Assembly (NCBI RefSeq): GCF_009914755.1
Contig: NC_060931.1
From: the human T2T-CHM13v2.0 reference genome, Homo sapiens
Length of the DNA stretch: 64,000 nucleotides
Reading direction: 5' to 3' (one strand)
Part shown: piece after piece, positions 28,988 to 41,135 of the stretch
Layout of the letters: every line of letters starts with the position of its first letter
Numbering within the stretch: the first letter of the stretch is position 1
Program-made: the position numbers and the translations under genes
Notes under the pieces: model-generated
What the model was told of the DNA's origin: nothing
Database searches by the model: none
Seen by the model: the letters and a program-made list of their open reading frames with translations, nothing else

Positions 28988-29112
28988 TTTATTCACCTTT
29001 TCAACAACTATTTACTTAGTGAGAGGTAGTGGGCAATATGCCAGACACAGTGTTAAACAAAACATAAGTAGTCCCTGCTGTCAAAGGCTTTTATACTTTA
29101 GTGAGGGAGATA
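28988..29112 (-). mobile_element. L2 3'-end fragment
   Basis: 'ttcaacaactatttac...tatgccagacacagtgtta...gtccctgctgtcaaagg'. Confidence 0.6.
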
Positions 29113-29144
29113 GGTGTCAAGATTTGTCTGATGTGTCTGAGATT

Positions 29145-29725
29145 TGACTCCATTTATAAGCTCAAGCAGCCTAGCACAATTTCATGGATGCTGGCAGAAG
29201 ACTTGAGACTTGCGAGTCAGAATGAAAGAGTGTTTCTCACAGCCACAGCAGCAGCCAGAGCGCCAGCACATGCACCAGCTTCCTGAGGCCCGGTCCCTAT
29301 CAGCCAAGGTAAGAGGGCCAGGCCGTGCCTGGGCACACCACGGGTTTTGGGAGAGGAGACCAAACTTAGGGAAAATACATTGTTTATAATGAACGGTAAG
29401 GAAGGTTGCCTGATAAAGTACAGTGTGCCTAGTTAATTTGAAGTTTTGATAAACAACATATAATTTCTTAGTATAAATATGTACCAAACATTGCATAGGA
29501 CATACTTTATCTTAAATTCAAAGTTAACTGGACACAGTGTATTCTTATTTGATAGAACTGGTAACAGTAGGCCTGTGTGATTTCTGCCCCTGTTGGGGGC
29601 ACTATCTCTGTCTTCCAAGGCTGTTTACTCTACAGACATCCTTGTGAAGATAGTCCAGGAGAGATAGTCATAGCCTCTGCTCATAAGACATGTAAAGATT
29701 TGTGGAAAACGAACTTCTTTGATCA
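29145..29725 (-). mobile_element. MER54/MER74/MER88-group ERVL LTR interrupted by MER53
   Basis: 'ggatgctggcagaagacttgagact', 'cactatctctgtcttccaaggctgtt', 'acatccttgtgaagatagtcc'. Confidence 0.7.
29401..29569. mobile_element. MER53 palindromic MITE nested in LTR
   Basis: TIR remnants 'aggttgcctga' / 'ctggtaacagta'; core 'tagtataaatatgtaccaaacattgcataggacatactt'. Confidence 0.8.
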
Positions 29726-29964
29726 AATGTTAATCAAATTAAAGCGCTACTATACAACTTCAGTTTGTGGTAAGTGACAAAAAGGATTTGGAGGGTCCCA
29801 TTAGAAGGTGGACCTAATATACCCTAAGAAATACTCATAGATCATTAAACATCAAATAAAACTCCACAGTTGCATCCTCCTCTAATCAGTTGTTAGCTAA
29901 GTAGTAATGCAAATCTCATAGCAATAGCTGCTACTGTCATAGCTGTTTATAAAAGTGCTACTCC

Positions 29965-30273
<309 letters not shown>

Positions 30274-31391
30274 TTAAAAAGCTACTCCAACTCTACAGCT
30301 GCAGGGATGACATTCATCTAACTATATCTTTCCTGAAAGAATAGAGTGAAAATTTTGTTTAAAGCATTCTCCTTTTTTAAAGTTTCATTGATTTGTTGGT
30401 TCGCTCACGTTATTATACGGGCTTTTCCTCTAAGTGGCTGATTTAGAGATAAACAAGAAACTTTGTACATTGTGGCCTATTTTGGTTTGGATCCATGAAC
30501 TTTAAATATTATCAACTGTGTTATTTTGAGTTAGCTTGCAAACAAATTTCCAGTATTGAAAAATACGCTTGTAACTAAATAGTTATATTTCAAATAACCA
30601 TTGTTGTTTATCCCAGGCATTTGATCTGTAATACCACTGTTCTACAACTTTGGTATGTTTCTGCTAAAATATGTGAAATTAACTAATTAGCCCATCAAAT
30701 ATATGACAATGATGATTAGAGCTCAGTGTCATTCCTTCATTGTATAAATTTACATTAATTTCTAAGCAATTCAAAAGACTTCAATGTTCAATGAAGATGA
30801 ATAAATCACACTTTCTGATGTCCGTAAAGATCATGTGCTAACTTTATTTATTTATCATGAATCTACTTCTCCTACTTATTACCAAGTAGTACTAAGTTTT
30901 GACTTTTCCCTCAAAGCTCTGTTTCCTGAAGAAGGAAAAGACAAGGAGGTTAGTCCCAAGCCCATCCCAGTAATACCATACAGGAACTGTGCTTCTATAT
31001 TCAGGGTTACATTTTTCCTGCTTGTCAGAAAATATATAAGCCTTACTGATTTTTGATGCTGGGTTTTAAAATATACTTTGAGTATATAAAAATCCCATAA
31101 TTTATAAGGAGACAATCAGCTTTAATTAGGGTATTTCCAGTGGAGTGTGGATTGCGTACTTCTCTCCTGTATCTGTTGCACTGGGTTTTGGTTTTGTTTG
31201 ATTAGGGGATGGGGCCTGCACTTCATGAGAAGCCACTCCTCCTCTCTTTATATTCAGTCCTCTCTGCAGTACTTTTGCTATGCTTTATACCTTGAGCATA
31301 AAGTACTCCACTGGCACTGCAAGCATCAAGTTCCTAGTGACTTCCTAATTGTTGTCCTGGCTGGTCTTGCTGTGTCATTGCCATTGTTGAC

Positions 31392-31515
31392 TTCATTGAT
31401 TCATTCATTAATCCATTCTCCCCACAGACATTCACTGGGCACCTAATAGGTTCCTGATGTCTTTCCAGAATAGAAAGATAAATAAATAAACTTCTTTATT
31501 TCATATACCTTGTAT
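31392..31515 (-). mobile_element. L2 3'-end fragment
   Basis: 'ttcattgattcattcatt...cagacattcactgggcaccta'. Confidence 0.55.
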
Positions 31516-32258
31516 CTTTGGTGATATCACCCACATTTATCTATGTTATCACTTCTCTTTCGAGTCGTCCTTAGGTGGCTCCCTCCTGTTCCTGGGTCCA
31601 TCCATAAAAAGCTGATGTTATTTATGACACTTTCTTCAACTCTTCCTTTAATCCATATATTCTCTCCAAAGACTTCATGCAATCAATTATATCTGCTAAT
31701 TCATCTCAAATATAGTCTAGTCTCAAAAGGCTTCCATATTCATAGCACTGGGGTAAATTGCTCTTTTGGTCTACAGATCGAAATTTTCAAATTCTATGCT
31801 CATTAACTTCGAAGTTCCACAATCTTCTTAAAAGTATTTTAAGTAGTTCCCAAATCAACTCCTTCTTAGCTTCTTCTTTTTGACTTTCTGTCTCTATTAG
31901 TCATGTCACCAAATTCCATTCCTCCACTTACACACACAGCAGCATTCACCTACACCCAGTATTCCCTCCTTGTTCCCACTGTGTCGACCCCATGTCCTCA
32001 CCCCTGCTTCAGGGCTGCCTGTGTGTCTGTCACTTCCATTACACCTCACCCCTGACTTCCATGTTTTCTTAAATAATATGACTTTGTCTAAGTAATATCC
32101 ATTTACTGATATTGTTAGATTATTAGATTGCAAGTCTTAGCAATTAATGTTTTTCTATGAAAAATAAAAATGTGGTTCTATGAAGCTCCAGTCTAGGCAA
32201 ATTATCTTCCTCTATTGTTTCAATTTGTTTAAATTGATATTTATATTTAAATAGCTTT

Positions 32259-32388
32259 TAAATGGTTACCTTACTATTTTGTGTGCTATTCATGTATTTT
32301 CAAGGAAACAATCCTAAGAAAGTAGCTTAAAATGCATGAATCCTTGAAAATACGTGAATAGCACACAAAATAGTAAAGCAACAATTTA
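32259..32388. repeat. Long inverted repeat: 48 bp arms (44/48; inner 36 bp 35/36), 34 nt spacer
   Basis: TTACTATTTTGTGTGCTATTCATGTATTTTCAAGGA (32271-32306) vs TCCTTGAAAATACGTGAATAGCACACAAAATAGTAA (32341-32376). Confidence 0.97.
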
Positions 32389-32390
32389 CA

Positions 32391-32449
32391 TATCCTTTGC
32401 TTTGCAGAAGCTTTTTAACTTGATGTGATCCAATTTGTCCATTTTTCCT
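32391..32449 (-). repeat. Isolated ~60 bp L1 fragment, direct copy of 33033-33093
   Basis: 'tatcctttgc(t/tg)tgcagaagctttttaactt(g/a)atgtgatcc(a/c)atttgtccattttt' present at both sites. Confidence 0.9.
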
Positions 32450-32619
32450 TTTTTCAAAGAGATACATTAATACATTTGTATTAATACATTTGTATAGATG
32501 CAGTAGTCTTATGCTTTAAAAATTTCCTTGTAGTCTTCATAGCCGTTGATCATTCCTTTCCAAAAGTAGAGTAAGTACTCAAACCTCCTCTTACAACAGA
32601 TAGGCACATCTATGTGTTC

Positions 32620-32895
32620 CCTTTTTATTGTCTTGGCAACATTTCCTCTAGGTCCTTCTTCCACTGGACTGGTATGGTCTGTTTATTTCCAGTCTGCTGC
32701 ACACTTGCTGTCTGGAGATTTCTCTTCATCATTGTTGTGAAATCCCCCTGCTCTCTGCTGTGCTGGGTGCCTTGCTTCCTGGCTCTGAGTCTGCCTTGAC
32801 ATAGTGTGCTCCCATCCTCCAAAAGCCTAGTGAGGAAGGATCTATGGGCTGGGAATATACTGAACTCTAACCTGTCTGAAAAGTCTAACTCACTC
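32620..32895 (-). mobile_element. HAL1/old L1 ORF1-like remnant
   Basis: Weak similarity 'gaggaaggatctatgggctgggaat...cctgtctgaaaagtc'. Confidence 0.3.
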
Positions 32896-32896
32896 T

Positions 32897-33093
32897 TTAA
32901 TTTTTATGTATTTATCTTTTTAAATTTTTTTTATTTTTATGGGTACCTAGTAGGTGTATATATTTATGGAGTACATGAGATATTTTGGTACAAAATATCA
33001 TTCTGTGGGTTGTCTCCTCACTTTGTTGATTGTATCCTTTGCTGTGCAGAAGCTTTTTAACTTAATGTGATCCCATTTGTCCATTTTTTTCCT
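32897..33093 (-). mobile_element. L1MA1-4-like 3' end fused to an ORF2 piece (large internal deletion)
   Basis: 'gggtacctagtaggtgtatatatttatggagtacatgagatatttt' joined directly to 'cattctgtgggttgtctc...gcagaagcttttt'. Confidence 0.8.
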
Positions 33094-33873
33094 AATAGAC
33101 TGAGTTGATGTAGCGTATTCTTTGTTATCAAAATACTCAAATAGATTTGGGATTTTTGAATTGGTAAATAGACATGATATGTGAAAACAGAATGATATGT
33201 ACTATACTATCTCAACTCCATAAAATTAGATCTTGTGTCTATACACACACAGGACCTAGAAGGAGACATTGAACTGTGAACTACATGTGGTTGTGAATGA
33301 GTTTACTTTTTGCTTGTGTTTTTCAAATTCTTATAATGCACATATTCACTTAAAAATATATAGGTTAAAAAACTAATGACAAAAAGATATAATACAAGTA
33401 TTCATATCAACAAAAATGAATACAATGTAAATATGGCTGTGTCATAGCTATCTTCTTATTAATGTTTTCCATCATGTGTTGTTCTGTCTGTTCTTTTACC
33501 CCTTTTTTCTATTTTCTTGTCTTTTGTAGATTAAATTTTTTTTATTTCTAATAATTCCATTGTGGCCACTATTGTATTATTAATAATACATATTTTCAAG
33601 AATTTTTTAGTATTTATATTATATATCTTAACTTATGACAGTACTCCTTCAAAATATATCACTTGATCTATATTGGGAGATACAAATACTATAGGTTTAT
33701 TTTCTCTATTCTATATTTTGTTCTATTTTATTTCTGTATATATTATGTATTGCATACACTTCTACTTCTACACAAGTTATAAATCTCAATATATTTATAT
33801 AATTTTTCTTTAGATAGTCAATTATCTTTTAAAGTGATGAAAAGCAAATTAAGGATTTTTCTTCTATGTACTC

Positions 33874-34791
33874 TCATATTTGCAAATCATATATCTGATA
33901 AGGAACTTTCATTCTAAATATATGAATAACTCTTACAACTAAAAAATTAAAATTTTCAAACAATCAAGAAGTAGGCAAAAATTCTGAAGAGTTATTTCTC
34001 TAAAGAAGATATACACATGAACAGTAAGCAAATACAAGACACTCAACTTCATTCACTATTAAGGAAATGCACATCAAAACCATGAAACACCACTTTGCCC
34101 TATTAGAATAGCTAAATATAAAAGATGGATAACAAATTTTGGAAAGGATGTGGAAAAAAATGAAAATCTTGTATGTTGCTTATGAGGATGCAGAATATTT
34201 CAGCCTTTTTGAAAAATAGTTTGGCAGTATCTCCAAGGTTAAACAAAGAGTTGCCATATGACACAGCAATTTCACTGCTAGTTATATATCCAACAGAAAT
34301 GAAAAAATATATCTACACGAAGACTAGCAAATGAATGTACATAGCAGCATTTTTTGTAACAGCCAAACAGTAAAACTAGCCAAATGTCCATTACTTGATG
34401 GCTGAATGAATAAAATGTAATACATATACACCATGGAATATTATTAGGCAACCAAAAGGAATAACGTACTGATGCACACTACAACATAGGTAAACCTTGC
34501 TCTGATTCCATTCATACAAAATGTCCAGAATAGGCAAATCAATAGAGATTGAATGTAACTAGTGATTGCCCAGGTCTGGGCTGTGAGATGGGTTGAGGAG
34601 GGATTGGGCCTGATTGCTCATTGGTATGAAGATTCTGATGGAAGTGATGGACAGTTTTAAAAGTAGTTATGGTAATGGTTGCACATCTGCAACTATATTG
34701 ATATATCCTTGTTATACAGTGGATTCTGCACTTTAAATGGATGACGTTGTATGTTATGTGAATTATTTCTCAGTAGAGCTGCTAAAGAAAA
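33874..34791 (+). mobile_element. L1MB-like 3' region
   Basis: 'atatttgcaaatcatatatctgataagg', 'ccatatgacacagcaatt', 'aatgtccagaataggcaaatc', 3' 'tgtgaattatttctcagtagagctg'. Confidence 0.85.
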
Positions 34792-34984
34792 AGAGGTCAT
34801 TTCAATGACACACAGTATTCAATAGGCACACAGTGCTGAACAAAGCAAGCAACAATTGTTTTGCCATGCATAACACAAATTTGCAATTACTTAGCTGGAA
34901 ATAGAGACATCCTCCTTGTCAGAGATTCCTTCAACACAGCCAATTTCATGTTCTGTTGTTTGCATTCCTTACTCGTGGGTACCT

Positions 34985-35080
34985 GTGTTTAGACAGGACT
35001 CTCTTTGTTGCAGATTATAGAAATCCAATTCAAGTTATTCTAAAGAAATGAATATTCATCTGCTCATGTAACTGAAACAG
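34985..35080 (-). mobile_element. Old MLT1 (K/L-like) LTR end
   Basis: 'caggactctctttgttgcagattatagaaatccaattcaa...gctcatgtaactgaaa'. Confidence 0.5.
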
Positions 35081-35093
35081 ACAGACAAGGTGA

Positions 35094-35547
<454 letters not shown>

Positions 35548-36247
35548 TATGCTATAGGATTTATGCTATAACTACTTAAGTTTCTGACAAGACTTGCACA
35601 GTTGCATAGCCACTTTTCATTTAAAAAATTCAACAAGGAGGGATACTAAGAAGGGAGAAAACAAATCTGTGTCCACTGGCAAGGTAAAGAATGCTGATCA
35701 GTTACATTCCTGTCTGCTCACAGCTTAAAGTTAATTGAGAAGTGAGGTGTAAGAATCATAAAAATAGAAATAACAGCTTAAATGAAATTAAAGCTTAAAT
35801 AATGAAATAATATATTATATTAATATAATTACAGGTAATAGCATATATTATAAAATTATAATAAAATTAAAGCTGTTAAACAAATAACAGCTTAAATAAA
35901 ATTAAAGCTAATTGGAGAGTGAGGCTGAGATGTATGGCCAAATGCCTTCATATGACTGTCTTGGACAAGCACCAACTGGAGGTGAAATCATCTCTGTGTT
36001 GTAGAGGAAACTAAGCTACCCTGGGGAGGAGAGCTCTTGGGGTGCCCTCCCCCATCTCACCAACCTGCCCCACCACCCTAGTCTTCTTTGGGGGAGGAGT
36101 AAGAAAAGGAGTTTTTAAAAATTGAAATAGCTCTCTCTATACTTTTGTCTTCTGAGGAGGGGGAATTTTCTTTCCCTTCATGGAAAAGTTAGACATTTGG
36201 TAAGTTTTTCTGATAGTACCCAGAACAGAAAGAAATAAGTACATTTA

Positions 36248-36571
36248 TAGTTGGCCCTCTATATTCGTGGGTTCTGATTTTGCAGATTCAATTAGTCATA
36301 GATGGAAAATATTCAGAACAAAAAGGATGATGTGTCTGTACTGAACATGCACAGACATTTTTTTCTTGTAATTATTTCCTAAACAATATAATACAACAAC
36401 TACTTACATATAAATTTACTGTGTATTAGGTGTTATAAGTAATCCAGAAATGACTTAAATTATACAGGAGGATGTGTGCAAATATATTTATATCAGAAAC
36501 TTGAGTAATCACAGATTTTGGTATCCACAGGGGTCTTGGAACCAATCCCCACAGGTACCAAAAAACAGCTG
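36248..36571 (-). mobile_element. MER2 (TcMar-Tigger non-autonomous DNA transposon)
   Basis: TIR remnants flanked by TA; 'gtctgtactgaacatg', 'gattttggtatccacaggggtcttggaaccaatcccc'. Confidence 0.9.
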
Positions 36572-37929
36572 TATTCAAAAGTTGGCTCAGCTAAGGGACA
36601 TAAAAGCATGCATGTAGAGTACAGGAACATAGATGCACACACACCACTGTCGGCATGGCTTTCATTCTGTTCTCACACAGAGAAATGATGGGAACTCACT
36701 CTACTCTTCTGTTTGCATGGCTGTTCTGGAGGAAATGTTTGAATCTGACACAAATAGCTATTGCTGTGTAAAGAGTTTTATTAACTACATTGATGGTGCT
36801 TTGATATATATTATTGTGTCTTAAAATCATGAAACAGACTTTAAGTTGGCTAAATCAAATAATCATGATGAGTGACTAAATACCATTGTAATGCAGCATA
36901 ATACTGCTGATTTAAATTGAATTGTAGAGGTCTCAGAATTAAAAATCAACTATGCTGCAATATTTTAGAAAAGTGATTAGCTTGTAATGAATGTAAAATT
37001 AAAGAGCTCTTCCCTTTAATTTAAATGCCTTTGAAATTAAAATACATTTTCCACTTAAGAAGCAACTAGTTCTTTAAATATTAGTAATTATAAACTAGCT
37101 ATTAATTTTAAATGAACACCAAAAGATACTATCATTGTCATTATTATTATGATTTTATCTTTTGATGTCTCAGAATGTGTTGAAATAGTGTTAACAGTGA
37201 CTTCCCTCATTTCTCAAAGGACATAAAGTACAAAAAGACTTTCAAAAATATAAAAATCGGTAAGAAAAACAAATTTCTATAGGTGAGTCTCTCTCTGGGA
37301 AATAGGTTCATATACTTGGGGCTCAAAATTTAATGTTGTAATAAAAACCTTCTTGGTTAAATTTTCTGTGACTTCACCCTTTAAAATTTAAAATTTTGGA
37401 TAATCCTAACTGTAAGGAATTAAATAGTATCAATATAAAGGAAATTAATTAAAATATACTGTCAGCCAGTTCAATAATTCCTATTTTGATGGTGAATTCA
37501 ATCCCAATTATTCAAAAAACAATGATTGAATAAAATATATTCCTAGTTTCATGTCATAAATATATTTTAATGTGAAATAAAATTGTTTTAAATTTGAAAA
37601 GCTAGAAAAATATTTAAAATGTGACATACGAAGTTAAAAAAATCTGAAATTTTCTCAAAACCTTAATTGTGACATATTAATACTAAAAAAATTTTAATAC
37701 TCAATTGATGTCATTGTTGACTATTCTTGGCTTTTTTATCATCAATATATTTGAATTACTAAATAAGAATGGATAGGTTATTTCCCAGCTATTAATTAAA
37801 TGTATAGACAAAACAATGACTTAATCATCCTCAGTATATATAATTTATTTCTTCCTTCAGTTCTCAATACACTGCTTTTATTTTCCCTTTCTTGTTATTA
37901 TGTTTTATATCAACTTTAAATAATCAAGT

Positions 37930-38165
37930 AATAACAATAGTAAGGAGCCTTATTTACCATTTACATGGTACTTTAAGGTGGCTTATATACTTTTCTCATT
38001 GCTACGGCACTCTATGTGAGAAAATCCTTTTATTTCATAATTTTAAAGAACAAACTGTAAGTCAGAGAATCTTATGACCTACCAAAATACAGAACTAGAA
38101 AGTTTGGAGTTTAGTCTGAGGCCCAACATATGTGGACCCACATTCAGTCTTCTTTCCACGACAAG
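37930..38165 (-). mobile_element. MIR fragment
   Basis: 'aattttaaagaacaaactgtaagtcagagaatcttatgacctaccaaaat'. Confidence 0.5.
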
Positions 38166-38479
38166 ACCTGTCTCTCTTCTTCACATTTAATGGAAGCGCA
38201 GTAATAGCTAAACTTTAAAACACCTGCTTTTCTAGTTTAATCCAGAGTCAGCAAGTAAACTGACTACAAGAATGACAAGGTGAAATAATGGCTGTTTTCA
38301 AGACAACCTCAGCAATGACTGGATAACACATACCATGGGGTTTGTTACATTGATGATTGACAAGGAGTGAATTAGAATATAGTTTCTAGAATTATTCTCA
38401 GACAAAAGCAAACAAAATGGACACTAGTGAGAAAGACTTTGAAACCTGAGGTAGTTGAAGGAATTTTTAATAGCACACA

Positions 38480-39560
38480 TAGATTCTTTGAATGTCTACT
38501 AAAGCAAAAGAACTACTATCCAAGTTACTCAGAAAATTTGCCAATGAGTTTATGAACATATTCTTGAAATGAGTTGAGAAAACTTGGCAAAGTTCTACAA
38601 GTTTTTTAAAGTTTGACAAATAATAATTACAGTTTGAAAAGTTGGACAAAGATTCTGCTTACTGCTGATGTGTAGTATAATATTGCCTTCTTGTCTAAGG
38701 AACACATCATTAAAGCTGAAAGATGGTTCCTTAGAGGAGGCGGTGAATATAGGCCCACAAAAAACAAATCATGTCAGACTAGGCATTTGTGGACAAGATT
38801 TAGAAAAGTGCAAGATCAAAATGATGGATTAGTAGCTGATTGAAAAACTCAACCCAAAGTGGTGATTAATGGATAGATGTCAACATTAAGGTGGTTTCCA
38901 GTAGGGTGCCATGGGCTTTATCCTTGGCTATGTCCTTTTCAACCTTTTATTAATCATTTGAATAAAAATACAAAAGGCATGGCCATCTAATCTGTGCAGG
39001 ACCAGTAGCAAGGATATGTAGCAATTGTGTTAAATGACAAGCTAAACAATAAGGGATTTTATATAATGCCTTAAAACGATCAGTTCAACAATGTAGTGGG
39101 CAAAACAAAACAAAAAACCAACAAACAAAAACCCACAGAGGTGAATATATAATCTGCAAAAAAAGGAAGAGTAGTTATTTTAAATGAGGGGAGTAGCGGC
39201 TCCGTTCAATTTTATAGTGACCCGAGGATACCTAAAAATCTGTATTTAGATTGTGACGCACACTTTAAAGGAAAATGTCAAATTAGAACACCCTGAAAGA
39301 AAAACAAGGAGGAAACATATGTTATATAAAAATACATTTTTAGTAGCTACTTTTTTTTTTCCAGGCAATATTATCTGTTCACAGTAAAAGATAGGCTGAC
39401 TGGTCCGCTATGGCTTATAAGATAGTTTGTATTTATTGTGTGCTTATGTATTGGCAGAAGGAAGGATGGTGCATGTAAACTATGAGAAGGCAGATTTATA
39501 ACCCAGCAGCTGATCAGTATAAAAGTGAGTGAGCAGATTCAGTAGGCTGTGAGATGCCAT
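38480..39560 (+). mobile_element. L3/CR1 LINE remnant (RT domain)
   Basis: 38852-39000 'cccaaagtggtgattaatgga...gtgccatgggctttatccttggctatgtccttttcaaccttttattaatcatttg' matches the degenerate GVPQGSVLGPVLFNIFINDL motif; outer limits approximate. Confidence 0.7.
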
Positions 39561-39699
39561 CCATGTTTATGTTCAAATATAAGCCAAATGACTATTTGGG
39601 TCAGGAATGGTGTCTCTAGGGAACATCAGCTGCAAGATGTAATTTCCGAGTGCTTTTCATATGTTATTTCTAGCAGCAAAGCCAAGTCAGATATAAAAA

Positions 39700-40459
39700 T
39701 GAAAAATAAAAGGCAGGTAGAACAGCTATTACATTGAGTGCATCAGAGGCTCTACGTAAAAGAAAAATATAAGCTCCATCTCTGTGGTAGATGATATTAT
39801 GATGTTAAAATATTTGCTTCTTATCACAGGAAGGATTAAGAAAGCAAGTAAGTTTTTGAGAGAGTTGTATTTCCAATAGCCATCAGTTTGAGCCAGAAGA
39901 GAGTTTGATGCTTCAGAATTTACAATAGGCTTTGGTTCACCCAACTTCAAAGGACAAGAAACAGACTGAGAAGACTATCTGGCCCCAGGGAGGGTGCATT
40001 ATCAATGATCCTCTCAGATGTGACAAAGATGGTAAAAAAGAGAGAACATTCTTCAAAAACAGAACCAAGGGTCATGGAGGGAAAAATATACTGGGAGGAA
40101 AGTGTCTAATCCCAGGGTATGCAGTCGGGACCCAAAGAATATTCTCCACCTTAAGGACAGGAGCCTCTCAAAATTCTGCCCAGCAGGTTTCTGGGATTGC
40201 TATAGACCAGTGATAGCAGGTCCAGTTGTTCACTTTTCCCAGTGGGAGCATTTATTGCAATGCTATCGTTCCTGTTGCTCCGCTGAATACAAAGAGGAGG
40301 GAGGCATTTACGTTGGGTTTGCTTCACGGGCTCCAGACTGGATGAGACAGGCACATAATGGAGGCTGTGGCTGGGGATTTGGGATTATTGCCTCGGATGA
40401 GGGAGTGTCTATGCTCTGAATGTGGTGGGGGAGCAAAATGATGCCCAGAAAGATAGGCA
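39700..40459 (+). mobile_element. MaLR (MLT1) internal-region remnant
   Basis: 'tctgcccagcaggtttctgggattgctatagaccagtga', purine-rich tract just before the adjacent LTR. Confidence 0.5.
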
Positions 40460-41135
40460 GTGTTTGATTACACCGTAAAGTGTTCCTTACTCCTCCCTGG
40501 GGAAGAAGTATACAGTCATCTCTTGTTATTCATAGGGAATTGGTTCTAGGAGCTCCCTCAGATATCAAAATCCGTGGATGCTGACATCCCTTTTATAAAA
40601 TATCACAGTATTTGCATATAACCTATGCATATCCATTTACTTTAAATCATCTCTAGATTACTTGTAATAGTACAATGCCTACATATCACTTTATTCCAGT
40701 GGATTCAACATAGTACTGGGCATATGGTAAGTTTAAGTACTGATTTTTGGGACTTCGTGACTTTTTTTCTAAATATTTTCAATCTGTGGTTGGTAGAATC
40801 CATGGACAAGAACCCATGGATAAAGAGGACCAACTGTATTTCTCCATCTCGTTGACATCAGCCCTATCCTTGTAACTTGTTTGAGACCATAAAAAGAAAT
40901 GAAAGTGACATATTTTCTTCCCAGAAAAAAATCCCCTTCCGGGAAAAATATCTTTCTCCCCTGTTATGAACTGATACCACTTCTAAGCCCAGGCTGATGT
41001 CAAAATGATGTGGAACAGAAGCAGCCAATATGTTATAGCTATATATTGTGTGTGAGAAACAATGTCTTGTTGAAAGCCACTGAGATTTTGAGTTGCTTGT
41101 TACCACAATGTAACATAGATTATCTTGACAATGTA
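40460..41135 (+). mobile_element. MLT1G/H-like LTR interrupted by MER2B
   Basis: 3' part 'aagccactgagattttgagttgcttgttaccaca'. Confidence 0.6.
40513..40836 (+). mobile_element. MER2B-like DNA transposon
   Basis: TA|CAGTC...AACTG|TA; 'caaaatccgtggatgct', 'tactttaaatcatctctagattactt'. Confidence 0.9.

Noticed and set aside
39370-39420. Y-RNA-like words (GTTCACAGT, CTGGTCCG)
   Set aside because: Short, wrong order, no full pseudogene structure.
36248-40836. Composite transposon bounded by inverted MER2 elements
   Set aside because: Different variants, each with its own TA duplication; the second is nested in an LTR; no transposase.
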